In this document: in pieces, positions 1 to 9,585 of the stretch
Layout of the letters: each line of letters opens with the position of its first letter
Position numbering within the stretch: position 1 is the first letter of the stretch
Virus record (IMG/VR): IMGVR_UViG_2974770163_000001
Coordinates: 32,001 to 96,000 of that record
Length of the DNA stretch: 64,000 bases
From: a virus
Taxonomy: Duplodnaviria; Caudoviricetes
Strand: one strand, 5' to 3'
The notes under the pieces: model-generated
Databases searched by the model: none
Seen by the model: only the letters and a program-made list of their open reading frames with translations
What the model was told of the DNA's origin: nothing
Made by a program: the position numbers and the translations under genes

Positions 1-2763
1 AGCATTAGCATACATACGCTGTCTCTCATTCTCCAGCTCAACTAGCTTAGTTTCAGCAACTGCTATGTCCTGCTTTAATTTCAGGATCTTATCCTGGTCT
101 TTTGCCGTTCTTGTAGCCTCTGACGATGCCAATTCAGCATTGAGTCTCTCATTGAAGTCCGCAATATCACGTAATAGATTGTCCTGAGAAGTCTTAGTAG
201 AGTCAGTATTGAATAACGCACGACCAAAGTCGATAGAGTTCTCTGCCTGCTTAACCATCTCCGACTTTTCCATGAATGCAATGTCACGTTTGATCTGCGC
301 TTCATTTAAGAGAGCTTGGTTGTACTCATTTTGCTTATCGGCTTTACCCTTGTATTGCAGCATGTTCTGCTCATTAATACGCAGCTCTTCCTTCTTCATG
401 GCAACTTGGTACTCATAGCCGGATAGCATATGATTATTAACTAGGGCGATTTTTTGGGTAAGGTCTAGAATTGTCCTCTCTGTTTTAGCCTGCTTAACTG
501 TCTCCTTAGTCATTGCAGAGATCTGGTTATTAATTTCCTGAACCTTTAACTCATTAATTCGCTTTTTAATCCTAGTTTCTGCACCGGAGCCTTTGTCCAC
601 GGTTTCTAGTTGTTTGTACAGTAGTTTTATTTCTGAGGCTGCTTCTTGAGCTTGTTGCTTAGCATTTAGAGCCGCTACCTTAGTTGCTGCTCCTGCTTGC
701 CCCTGAATAGAGTCGGCTAAAGCCTTACGCTCCCTAGCTAGAGCTAGTGCATTCTCTCCTTTAGCATCGTATACTTCAAGTGCTTCCTCTAATATTTGCT
801 CCTGTGCTTTAAGCTTATTCAACTCTCCAGCAGCTATACCTATTGATGCTGCTATATTCTCCCACGAGGTACCAAACGCATCCGCCCCCGTTTTAAGAGC
901 CTTAATAGTAGCCTGAACTTGAGACAGACTAGCTTGTGCTTTGGAGGTGTCAGATAAGTTACCCATTGCATCGGAGATATTAGATTTGCCTTCCTTAGAG
1001 TACGCCCTCAGTTCATCTACGGATTGAAGCGCCCCCTTAAACCCTTCTTTAATCTGTACAGTTTCCTGTAGTACTCCATCTACCACGTTGAAGGAGGATT
1101 GGAATGCTGATTCTATCCCTGTTCCTGCGGACATCTCTCGCATCATTTTAAGGGTATCTGATACTTCTTTCATAGCATCATTATAAGAGTCTAAGTTTGA
1201 CTGCGCCTTATGTAAGTCATCTGTGGCAGATGCCCAACCCTTGATAGTTTTACTAGTAGTATCATCCCTAAGCATAGTAGTTAGGGCAGTCATAGCAGGT
1301 GCTTGTGCAAACTGAGCAACACGTGAAGCCAGACCGTTCATATCAGCGTCATTAATTGTTTTAGTCAATTCTTTGCTGGCAGCGGCCTTAGCCAGCTCTG
1401 CTTTCTTGTACTCCTCTATTAGCTTCTTCTCTTGCTCTATTACAGTGCTAAAAGTAGATACGAAACCAGCGCTTTCAGCATCGGTTGTCTTCAGCCCCTC
1501 TCTAATAAGCTTTAGATTATCCCCTAGATCTTTAACCTTGTTTCCTACTTCGAGCAGTCTGTTCAGTACGTCTACGATAGGAGTTAATCTGCTAGCCAGC
1601 AGTGAGGCTAGTTTTGACGAGCTAGAAGCAATATTTGCACCGAACTTATCCCAAGCCGAAGAGGCTAAAGCAGCATCTAGTTTACCGAATGCTGTATTAG
1701 ACTGCTCCACAACTGCATTTAGTAATGCTTGTTGTTTTTGAACTTTTGATAAATTTTGAGAATTATAGTTTAGCCCTGCCCCTGTGGCATTTAATTGATC
1801 AGCGTATTTCTTATACGCACTGTTTAAGTCTAGCGCTATACCAGCACCACTAAGAGATGCGGCGTCTAGCTTGTAAACCCCGTTCACTACTCTTTCCAGG
1901 GCATCAGACATAGAGGTAAACCCAGCTGCTGAAGCACGCTGTGCTACCTTACCAAGTTTTTCTAAATCCCCTGCTGATGCGCCTAGGCTTGTAGCTTTGG
2001 TAGCTTTAGACATAGCTTCCTCAAAACTAATAGCACTACCTGTTGCATCCTGAAGACTTTGAGCAAGTAACTGAGTGGGGGTACCTGTTATAGCCGTCAT
2101 AGCTATACCAAGTTTGTTCATAGTGTTAACTTGATCCCCTGCTTTAAGATAGGTAAACGCTTGTTGCAGTGCGAAAACGTTGGACATTATTTGCCCATAA
2201 AGCATTGGGATTGGGCCTGCAATACGCGCTAACGCTGCGAAGTCACGGGTTGCCCCCCTAGCCGCACCGGAGGTATCCCCTACAGCTCTAGTGAACTTAC
2301 CCGCTCGTTTAGCTGCGTCATCTGCTGCCTGACCGTACCCACGAGTATTTCTGGTAACTGCGTTCATAGAGTCACCTACATCCTCGATCGCCCTAACAAC
2401 ATTGTTCTCCATTTTATCAGCAAACTTAGTAATATTATTCATACCAACTACGAAGTTAGAGCTAAATTGTTGGAACTCTTGAGTAAGGAATCGGATTTCA
2501 GACGCTACTTCCTTGATGCTTCTATCAAGCATCTTAAGACCCTTACTATTACCTATCTTATCGAAGCTACCTGCCATAGCGTCTGCGTATTGCTGAACCT
2601 TTTGCATCTCCTTACTCATACTCTTCAGGGAGTCAGTGGTTAGTTCAGCTCCAGCAGCAGCGTCTTCTAAGGCTTGAGATAGGTTTTTAATGGAGGTTGT
2701 AGTTTTCGTAACACCTTTCTGGGTTACGTCTATTTCAACTCCCCTAATCATTTTATCTGCCAT
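1..2763 (-). CDS. pb2: Tape measure protein (T5 pb2-like), 5' part; runs off the window edge
   Basis: ATG at 2763, MADKMIRGVEIDVTQKG...GDTSGAARGATRDFAA resembles the T5 pb2 N-terminus; Ala/Lys-rich; follows the tail chaperones. Absent from the ORF track because it is truncated. Confidence 0.92.
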   Translation of the reverse strand, partial: MADKMIRGVEIDVTQKGVTKTTTSIKNLSQALEDAAAGAELTTDSLKSMSKEMQKVQQYADAMAGSFDKIGNSKGLKMLDRSIKEVASEIRFLTQEFQQFSSNFVVGMNNITKFADKMENNVVRAIEDVGDSMNAVTRNTRGYGQAADDAAKRAGKFTRAVGDTSGAARGATRDFAALARIAGPIPMLYGQIMSNVFALQQAFTYLKAGDQVNTMNKLGIAMTAITGTPTQLLAQSLQDATGSAISFEEAMSKATKATSLGASAGDLEKLGKVAQRASAAGFTSMSDALERVVNGVYKLDAASLSGAGIALDLNSAYKKYADQLNATGAGLNYNSQNLSKVQKQQALLNAVVEQSNTAFGKLDAALASSAWDKFGANIASSSSKLASLLASRLTPIVDVLNRLLEVGNKVKDLGDNLKLIREGLKTTDAESAGFVSTFSTVIEQEKKLIEEYKKAELAKAAASKELTKTINDADMNGLASRVAQFAQAPAMTALTTMLRDDTTSKTIKGWASATDDLHKAQSNLDSYNDAMKEVSDTLKMMREMSAGTGIESAFQSSFNVVDGVLQETVQIKEGFKGALQSVDELRAYSKEGKSNISDAMGNLSDTSKAQASLSQVQATIKALKTGADAFGTSWENIAASIGIAAGELNKLKAQEQILEEALEVYDAKGENALALARERKALADSIQGQAGAATKVAALNAKQQAQEAASEIKLLYKQLETVDKGSGAETRIKKRINELKVQEINNQISAMTKETVKQAKTERTILDLTQKIALVNNHMLSGYEYQVAMKKEELRINEQNMLQYKGKADKQNEYNQALLNEAQIKRDIAFMEKSEMVKQAENSIDFGRALFNTDSTKTSQDNLLRDIADFNERLNAELASSEATRTAKDQDKILKLKQDIAVAETKLVELENERQRMYANA

Positions 2764-2777
2764 TATATTTTTCCAAT

Positions 2778-2808
2778 AAAAAAGGCTCTAGGCATTACGC
2801 CCAGAGCC
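2778..2808 (-). terminator. Intrinsic terminator upstream of the tape measure gene
   Basis: GGCTCTGGGC-GTAAT-GCCTAGAGCC followed by T6 on the minus strand. Confidence 0.75.
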
Positions 2809-2841
2809 AAGCCCTCTCGTGGAACGCCCAGTGGAGGAAAT

Positions 2842-3195
2842 TTACGCACGCTTGTTAGTAACGTTAGGTTTGTTACCAGCTTTTGTTGCTTTCTTGTACT
2901 CTGTAATAGCGGACTTCTTAGCTTCACTATCTAGAACTCGTATGAACTCTAGCATCTGTAGTTTAGCCTCTCTGTCAGATATGTCAAACAGCTCGAAAGC
3001 AAGTGAAAGACCAGATAGGTCTTTACCGTTATACATAGGATACGTCCCAGGTACGAACGTATCGTTTAGAATATTAAATATTGCTACTGCTTCTTGGCAC
3101 AGCGGGTCTAGGCTGTGAATATCCATTGGCATTTGTGCTGGATCAGGAGTCATATTAAGTTGCTCACACATTGCAAGGTATGCCTCTTTAGTCAT
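2842..3195 (-). CDS. Tail assembly chaperone, downstream ORF (gpT-like, probably a frameshift partner)
   Basis: Lies between the upstream chaperone and the tape measure gene; its frame stays open upstream into the end of the previous ORF. Confidence 0.75.
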   Translation of the reverse strand: MTKEAYLAMCEQLNMTPDPAQMPMDIHSLDPLCQEAVAIFNILNDTFVPGTYPMYNGKDLSGLSLAFELFDISDREAKLQMLEFIRVLDSEAKKSAITEYKKATKAGNKPNVTNKRA

Positions 3196-3256
3196 TCTAG
3201 ACCCAGAGGGTACATTTACTTGCTTGGCGAACTTCTCTAGATCAGCGATTCGGCGT

Positions 3257-3667
3257 CTATGATCTTTTTGTACGAAAAGAGTCGATACGGAATACGGTTT
3301 CGTTAATAAATGTTAAAAACGCACGACTAGACTTTAATAGTTGCTCAGCGTTATCAGGGGAGTATTCAACTACGGTATCTGGATCTTGGTCAACTAAATC
3401 AACTAGCATTAGTTTCTCTACACCTTCTACAGTTAAACCTTTCCATCCTACGATAGCAGCGGCAGCTAGTTCTTTTACGAATTTTGCATCATCTTGCTCG
3501 TATCCTACAATCATACCGTTTTCCATCTGAGGTATTTGGCACTTCTCTAGAATCTCCTGAGAGCGAACACGGCTAACGTGGCGAACACGAATTACAAAAC
3601 CAGAGATACCTAAGTACTCGACTTCAGCTTCTTTAGTTTCTAATGCAACTTTTTTCAGATCAATCAT
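3257..3667 (-). CDS. Tail assembly chaperone (gpG-like)
   Basis: 136 aa, syntenic with the T5 tape-measure chaperone. Confidence 0.75.
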   Translation of the reverse strand: MIDLKKVALETKEAEVEYLGISGFVIRVRHVSRVRSQEILEKCQIPQMENGMIVGYEQDDAKFVKELAAAAIVGWKGLTVEGVEKLMLVDLVDQDPDTVVEYSPDNAEQLLKSSRAFLTFINETVFRIDSFRTKRS

Positions 3668-3674
3668 TATTTCC

Positions 3675-4568
3675 TCACTTAAATGTTATACTTACGGGGG
3701 CTGGAGAGTTATACATTGGAATTATATCCAAGCTCATTGAGAGAGTCTCATCAGCAGTTAGGCGTTTAGTCACCCTAGCACTAGGGATGTCCACTAAAAT
3801 TTTATTTGTGTAAATCTGGAGATGATGACCGTATAAAGGTTCATCAATCTTCAGAAAGTTACTTTCAGGCTTACCATGCATTTCTCGTTTGTACATATTT
3901 ATATTAGCTGAGAAATTCATTTCGTTTATTACAGCCTTTTTCGGATAACTCATTTGACCAATCTCGTAGATTGATTTCTCCTCTCTCCATGTACATTGCT
4001 GTTGGAAAGATAGACCAGATCCTCTAATAGATGGCAGGTCAATTCCGTTCAAAGTACAGAACAGAGGACTGGGGATACTAACTTCTGACTGATCCAATGA
4101 TGGATGCGGAAGTAATTCCCTTAATTGAGTAACGTTGGAGGCTATAATACCGACACTTAGTTCAGGGATACCTTTCTCTAGAGAGAAGTCAGCATTTGAA
4201 ACATATGCAGGGGTTAGCTCGAAAATCGCTCCACTTTGATATTGAATATATACTTTTAGGTAAGTAGGTTCAAGTTTGGAATTAAAAGGTAGGTATAGTG
4301 TATTACCCTCTCTCCCCATCCCTAACCACTCAAAGAACATAGACTCAAGACTATTATTGGAGAAGTTTACTATTAAAGAAAGAGTAACTGGGTTAAACCC
4401 AGTTACGATAGATACAGGATAGTTACTCTTTCCATGAACAGTCCGTCTATTTACTTTATATTCAGCCATAGTCGTGTCATAATTCATTGTTGACAGAGCG
4501 GAAAACGCATAGCGTCTTCCCTCGTGTTCTATGATTATTTTCGACTCTCTAAGAAAAGAGTAACTCAT
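3675..4568 (-). CDS. Baseplate tube / minor tail protein (T5 p140-like)
   Basis: MSYSFLRESKIII start parallels the tail tube N-terminus; synteny. Confidence 0.8.
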   Translation of the reverse strand: MSYSFLRESKIIIEHEGRRYAFSALSTMNYDTTMAEYKVNRRTVHGKSNYPVSIVTGFNPVTLSLIVNFSNNSLESMFFEWLGMGREGNTLYLPFNSKLEPTYLKVYIQYQSGAIFELTPAYVSNADFSLEKGIPELSVGIIASNVTQLRELLPHPSLDQSEVSIPSPLFCTLNGIDLPSIRGSGLSFQQQCTWREEKSIYEIGQMSYPKKAVINEMNFSANINMYKREMHGKPESNFLKIDEPLYGHHLQIYTNKILVDIPSARVTKRLTADETLSMSLDIIPMYNSPAPVSITFK

Positions 4569-4571
4569 TTA

Positions 4572-5717
4572 TTAACCCCCAGTTCCTGGGTCAGCAGGAT
4601 TCGCATCTCCCTTCTCAATAAACGTTTTAATTAACGCTTTGTTGAAGATTGGAGAGAAACCGAAGAATGCTTGGTCACCGGAGTCTAGTTCTGTAGGTTG
4701 AGCACTGAACTCAATCTGTGTACTTAATACGTCATCTACTTCCAGTGATGGAGTTGAAAGAATCGCATTAGGAGCAACTAGAACAGCAGCTGGACGAGCA
4801 TCGTCATATTCACCGCCAAGTACAAATGAAACACTGTAACTGTTTACTGTGCTCAGGTTAGTAAGCAGATCTTTATAGATCTCAGCAGTACCCAATGGGT
4901 TAGTGTTTAAGTACGCAGTCAAGTTACCTGTGATAGTGATACCACCAGTAAATGAACTGATTGGGCGGTCAACACGACTTAACGTGTTTGGAGTTAAGTA
5001 GGTGATGTTGTTATTGATAGAGAATGACGCTCCAGTAATAGGAATGTTATACTCTTTCTTAGCTCCTAGATTGTCTTTAACATGAAGAATAGTCAACTTG
5101 TTAACTAGATAGGACTGCTGCAGCTGTACGAATAATTCGTCACTAACTTCAACTGTTTTAATATCGAAAGGTTCTTTATCTAATGGAATTAGCTCAGTAC
5201 CGTTACCAGACCATGTTACCATTGCAATGTTATCGATATCAATATTAATTTCAGCTTGATTTACCTGAACTTTCTTAACTTGGTACCAAACTTCACCTGT
5301 ACGAATATAGATGTTTAGTCCAGCCAACTCGTGGTAAGCAGACGCCTTAAAGTCAACCATAGCGTTTGTTGCGTTTGTATGGAAACCATCTGTACCAGCA
5401 AGATCCAGTGGTTTACCACTTGTCAGTGCATGCCATAACATATAGTCTGGCAACATTACTTGCTTACTAGTGCTATCTATGTAAGGCAGAATGTATGTTG
5501 AGAAGCTCCAGTTTGCAGGGTTTAAAGAGTCATTATAACGCTTACTACCACGAGTAGGCACTGGCCCTGCCTCGTTTACTGTGATGTCTGTAGAGTTCCC
5601 GTCTACACCGAAACTAAGGTCGTCTTGAATCAAGATTTCCATAGTATTAGATTTATTGAAACCCTTGTCTACCGTTGAGACGAATAGTCGGGATTCCCTT
5701 AGTAATTGAATAGCCAT
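4572..5717 (-). CDS. pb6: Major tail tube protein (pb6-like) without the C-terminal Ig domain
   Basis: MAIQLLRESRLFVSTV...RGSKRYNDSLNPANWSFSTYILPY resembles T5 pb6; 381 aa. Confidence 0.92.
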   Translation of the reverse strand: MAIQLLRESRLFVSTVDKGFNKSNTMEILIQDDLSFGVDGNSTDITVNEAGPVPTRGSKRYNDSLNPANWSFSTYILPYIDSTSKQVMLPDYMLWHALTSGKPLDLAGTDGFHTNATNAMVDFKASAYHELAGLNIYIRTGEVWYQVKKVQVNQAEINIDIDNIAMVTWSGNGTELIPLDKEPFDIKTVEVSDELFVQLQQSYLVNKLTILHVKDNLGAKKEYNIPITGASFSINNNITYLTPNTLSRVDRPISSFTGGITITGNLTAYLNTNPLGTAEIYKDLLTNLSTVNSYSVSFVLGGEYDDARPAAVLVAPNAILSTPSLEVDDVLSTQIEFSAQPTELDSGDQAFFGFSPIFNKALIKTFIEKGDANPADPGTGG

Positions 5718-5742
5718 TTATAGTTTTCTCCTTTAAAATGCA

Positions 5743-6228
5743 CTATAATAGTCGTGTGTCCGTTAGGTATCTCACAGTAAAAGATATCTCAGCAAGGGCG
5801 AATGGGTTTAGTAGCCCTTCATCCGTACCAGTACTAGTAATACTGCAATCAATTATTGTTCCAGAGTCTCCTCCACCATCAGGTCTATTAATAGTATAGC
5901 GCAATTTCTTGTGACTGTCAAGGATTTTTTCTAAATCGTATATGAGAGTTTCCAATGCTTCTTCTCTACGAGCATCATCGTTATCCTTAACAAATATCAT
6001 CACCGTCATTGGCTGGTACTTCCAGCGTTGGGCGGACGGTTGGTAGTCTTGTGTTTCTGTCCCTAGGTTCAATGCAATATACGGAAATTGCTTGATCTCC
6101 TCAAAGGTTTTAAATTTGCCTACTAGCGCACCTGGAACAGTATTAAAGTACTCAGTTGGGTGAGTTCCGTCTAAGCACTCTCGGATACGCTGCTCATATG
6201 CTTTTCGTATTGCTAGTCTGTTAGACAT
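5743..6228 (-). CDS. Tail terminator protein (p142-like)
   Basis: 161 aa, TDEGLLNPFALAEISFTVRY C-terminus; synteny. Confidence 0.85.
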   Translation of the reverse strand: MSNRLAIRKAYEQRIRECLDGTHPTEYFNTVPGALVGKFKTFEEIKQFPYIALNLGTETQDYQPSAQRWKYQPMTVMIFVKDNDDARREEALETLIYDLEKILDSHKKLRYTINRPDGGGDSGTIIDCSITSTGTDEGLLNPFALAEISFTVRYLTDTRLL

Positions 6229-6989
6229 TACGTTCCCTCTCTTACTGTAATGTTGTATCTTGAGTGAATCAAGTCACGTGCTGCTTTTGCCAACGCTTCT
6301 CCGATTAGGGTCTGCGGGTTACGTGCGCCTGCAAAAGGTGTTAAAGATAGTCGGTTATAGGTAGATACAGCTGGATTAAATACAGAGTAGGGTCTGGTCA
6401 TGTAATTATAGGATATTATAGCTTCTACTTTCTTACCCTCACCACGTACCTGTAGACTTTTCACTTCAACTGAATTAGCAAATCGTCCTGTTCTCCATTT
6501 AAGTGGTGCACCAGCTTTTTTCATGCCCTGAGTTAAATACATCTTACCAAGTATTTCCAACATAGACATCATATTAGAATTACTTACAAACATACCAGAA
6601 GGCCCCTGTACCGGTCCAAAGTAGGCATCCGGATCATCCTCCGCAGGGTCTCCTAGACTAACACGTACGCTCCCTACGGTTCTCTTTTTACCTATCTTGT
6701 TCATTTGACCTATACCAAGTATTCTAGCAAACACATTAGCTAGGCTATCAATTTCTCTATCTATATCGTAACTTGAGTTTATTATTTCAAATATTTTAGG
6801 AGTAACTGTTTCCAGATAATCAGCAGATACTGGCTTACTAAACTTAAAGGTTAGTTTAGCGATCCTCCCGTCCCTACTAGGATCTTGCAAACCAGTTTCA
6901 ATAGTGTAATCTACCTTATCACGCTTGTACCCTGAAGGGTTGGATAACTCCTGTAATATGATTTGTTTTGCTAGATCGCTTAGTGCCAT
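6228..6989 (-). CDS. Tail completion protein (p143-like)
   Basis: MALSDLAKQII..., RTGRFANS and GARNPQTLIGEA motifs; synteny. Confidence 0.85.
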   Translation of the reverse strand: MALSDLAKQIILQELSNPSGYKRDKVDYTIETGLQDPSRDGRIAKLTFKFSKPVSADYLETVTPKIFEIINSSYDIDREIDSLANVFARILGIGQMNKIGKKRTVGSVRVSLGDPAEDDPDAYFGPVQGPSGMFVSNSNMMSMLEILGKMYLTQGMKKAGAPLKWRTGRFANSVEVKSLQVRGEGKKVEAIISYNYMTRPYSVFNPAVSTYNRLSLTPFAGARNPQTLIGEALAKAARDLIHSRYNITVREGT

Positions 6990-7507
6990 TATATAATCCT
7001 ATGTGAATTTACGATGGTCATAATATGTTTAGGTAAACCTGTTATTTGATTCATAAACGTGATGTTTTCACCACCGAAGCTACGAGAGTTACGGTACTCG
7101 TGTTTTTCCCAATACTCAACCGTTAATGCTACAGCCAACTTGAGGTCTTGTGCCCACTCTATAGTATCAGCGTCATATGTAATTTTGTACATCCCAGAGG
7201 GAACAGGGGGAGAAATATAAAGTCTACCCGAATCCAAGATATGGCAACGATCTGCCATATTATTACTTGGATCTGTTATGATATGGAATTTACTAATCTT
7301 GGTCGCCTGTAAGTTATTGATAAAATATCTATCGCGCCTATTGAACACTTCGAGGAACTCAGTACCTTCTTCTGATACTGACCAGTTAAGTTGGTTTAGG
7401 ATCAAAGCATTAGCTGCGGCTAGGTAGGATTTTACTTCTGAATCTAGAGCTTGAGGTAGGTTCCTCATCTCCATGTATTCAGCCTCTGATAAAATTTCTG
7501 TAGCCAT
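6989..7507 (-). CDS. Head completion / head-tail connector protein (p144-like)
   Basis: DLKLAV...GGENITF...PKHI motif; immediately downstream of the capsid gene. Confidence 0.82.
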   Translation of the reverse strand: MATEILSEAEYMEMRNLPQALDSEVKSYLAAANALILNQLNWSVSEEGTEFLEVFNRRDRYFINNLQATKISKFHIITDPSNNMADRCHILDSGRLYISPPVPSGMYKITYDADTIEWAQDLKLAVALTVEYWEKHEYRNSRSFGGENITFMNQITGLPKHIMTIVNSHRII

Positions 7508-7521
7508 TTATTTTTCCCAAT

Positions 7522-7547
7522 AAAAAAGGAGAGCCGAAGCTCTCCTT
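7522..7547 (-). terminator. Intrinsic terminator after the major capsid gene
   Basis: GGAGAGC-TTCG-GCTCTCC hairpin plus T-tract on the minus strand. Confidence 0.85.
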
Positions 7548-7572
7548 ATCCGGCATATTGCCTAAGTCTTGA

Positions 7573-9000
7573 TTACTTAGCGTAAGCAGCCACAACAATG
7601 TTGTGAGTGTCAAACTTACGTTGTAAGTTCAGACGTTGAGTAACGAAGATGTTGTAACGTTGTGATTCTGGATCACGTTGATCTTCAACAAACACGTTAC
7701 GTTGACGTGGTACTAAGAAGTCTGGTGTATATACGATTAACGCATACGCAGAACCAGCTGCTTTTGCTGGGAAGTACTCGGAAACCACTACAGGCATACC
7801 GTAGATACGACCTACTTGACCAGTCAGTTTGATAGCATTAGCTGCTTCAACCTGTGCAACGTCTTGGAATTCTTCGTCTAAGGTTAAGTCGAAGTAAGCG
7901 TCTAAAGAAACAACCAGAGCAAGTTTGTTCAGGTTTAAACCTTTAGATTTTAAGTGTGCACGCAGAGCGTGAATTTCTTTAGCAGTTACTTTAACTGTAC
8001 CATCGGCTTTAGCTTTAGTCTCTTTAACAGCGTTGTCTTTAGCAGCCATTGTTAATAGACCTTCTGGCTGACCAACACCAGTACCGCTCATGAAAGCTTT
8101 CTCAATTGAAACAGCGTGTGATTCAATGATGTTTGCACGGATGATTGGCAACAGAACGATGATAACGTCTTCTGTAGTTTCATCAGTGATGAATGCTTTA
8201 GCAGCAAGTTTGAAAGTTTTGAAACTGATTTCTGTCAGTTTATCTTTTTGCCACTCACCAGTTGTTTCTGGTTTACCATAAGTAGTTGCGTCTACCCAGT
8301 TTGCTTCTAATGGACCACCTTGCACTGGCATAACCAGGTTAGCAGCAGTCATAGGAAGTTCAGGGAACAAGTTACCAACAATAAGTTCTTTCTGAATATC
8401 ACGCAGGATGTTAGTAGTAAAGATAGTTTCATATGCTTCGCTAGAAACTGCCATTGAGCTAGATTCGTTCAGAGCTTTCAGGTAGCTAGCACCAGTCTCT
8501 GTTTCGAATACATCTTTCTTGCAAACTTTAGCTAACAGAACTAGGTCATCAACTGTTTTCTCGAAAGATTTAGTATCACCTAGCAGGCTTGTTGCAACAG
8601 AGTTTTCCAGAGGAGAACGACCGTGGCGAGCAACGTTTAATTGTTTGATCTGATCTTTAAGAGTTTCTAAAGTTGCAGCGTTATCTTCTACAGATTTAGC
8701 AAAAGCTTCTTCACTGTCTTTCAACTTCTGAGAAAGGGATAAGATTAATTCGTTAGCAGTATTAAGTGCTTTACGATCTTCTTCTTTCGCAGCAGCGATT
8801 AAATCATTAACACGCTTTTCCATAGCTTCTTGTTCAGCGGCTTTTTGTTTTGCAGCAGCTTCGCGAGCTTCCTTATTGCGCATCTCTTCCATAAATTTGA
8901 CGATATCAGCATTTTCAGCAGAAGCAGAAGGAGCTTTACCTGCCATAGCCTTTGCAAGCTCTGCAATCAGTTCGTCAGTAGATTTTTGTTGTACTGTCAT
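7573..9000 (-). CDS. pb8: Major capsid protein precursor (HK97 fold, coiled-coil scaffold N-terminus; pb8-like)
   Basis: 475 aa; SSEAYETIFTTNILRDIQKELIVG, KLAAKAFITDETTED and GQVGRIYGMPVVVSEY resemble T5 pb8. Confidence 0.95.
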   Translation of the reverse strand: MTVQQKSTDELIAELAKAMAGKAPSASAENADIVKFMEEMRNKEAREAAAKQKAAEQEAMEKRVNDLIAAAKEEDRKALNTANELILSLSQKLKDSEEAFAKSVEDNAATLETLKDQIKQLNVARHGRSPLENSVATSLLGDTKSFEKTVDDLVLLAKVCKKDVFETETGASYLKALNESSSMAVSSEAYETIFTTNILRDIQKELIVGNLFPELPMTAANLVMPVQGGPLEANWVDATTYGKPETTGEWQKDKLTEISFKTFKLAAKAFITDETTEDVIIVLLPIIRANIIESHAVSIEKAFMSGTGVGQPEGLLTMAAKDNAVKETKAKADGTVKVTAKEIHALRAHLKSKGLNLNKLALVVSLDAYFDLTLDEEFQDVAQVEAANAIKLTGQVGRIYGMPVVVSEYFPAKAAGSAYALIVYTPDFLVPRQRNVFVEDQRDPESQRYNIFVTQRLNLQRKFDTHNIVVAAYAK

Positions 9001-9006
9001 TTTATA

Positions 9007-9585
9007 TTATTTCCCGTTAAATACCGCATTATGAATGCGCTCAACTAAAGTTCTGAACGGATCTACCGGCTCAGCGTTATTAATAAATTCTTTTCTAAAG
9101 TCTAAGTAGTCTGAACCATTCATGCTCTTGGCTACTTGGAAAGTTGAATCTTGGTTACATGGGACGGCAACTACTGAAATCTCATGCAGTTCAAGGTCTT
9201 TGATAACAAAAGTATCAGAATGGTCTTCCCAGTCTGCATCTAGGCATCGGAAACCCACACTAAATGTTTTTAAGATACCATGCTCAACCATACTAAAGAC
9301 TTGGGGATCAGTATCGCGTACAATGTTAGCTGCAATGAACAGCCCTTTTTCGTCTGGTCTTAGCTCAATGCAACTTCCAACAGGTCTACGATGATCATGC
9401 CCAAATAATATGATAGGATTCTTCTGGTAATTAGTCAAAGCACTACGTGTTTTCCACGCAGAAGCTAGAATAATGTCCCCAGCCCTGTCCTTATCTACAG
9501 TATTGGCGTAACCCTCAATAGTGATTACACCATCGGATGCTGTAGTAGCCTTAGTGATCATGGAATCTAATTGAATTAGACTCAT
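9007..9585 (-). CDS. pb11: Prohead protease (HK97 family; pb11-like)
   Basis: IEGYANTVDKDRAGD, ILFGHDH, FSVGF and ELHEISVVAVPCN motifs. Confidence 0.93.
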   Translation of the reverse strand: MSLIQLDSMITKATTASDGVITIEGYANTVDKDRAGDIILASAWKTRSALTNYQKNPIILFGHDHRRPVGSCIELRPDEKGLFIAANIVRDTDPQVFSMVEHGILKTFSVGFRCLDADWEDHSDTFVIKDLELHEISVVAVPCNQDSTFQVAKSMNGSDYLDFRKEFINNAEPVDPFRTLVERIHNAVFNGK

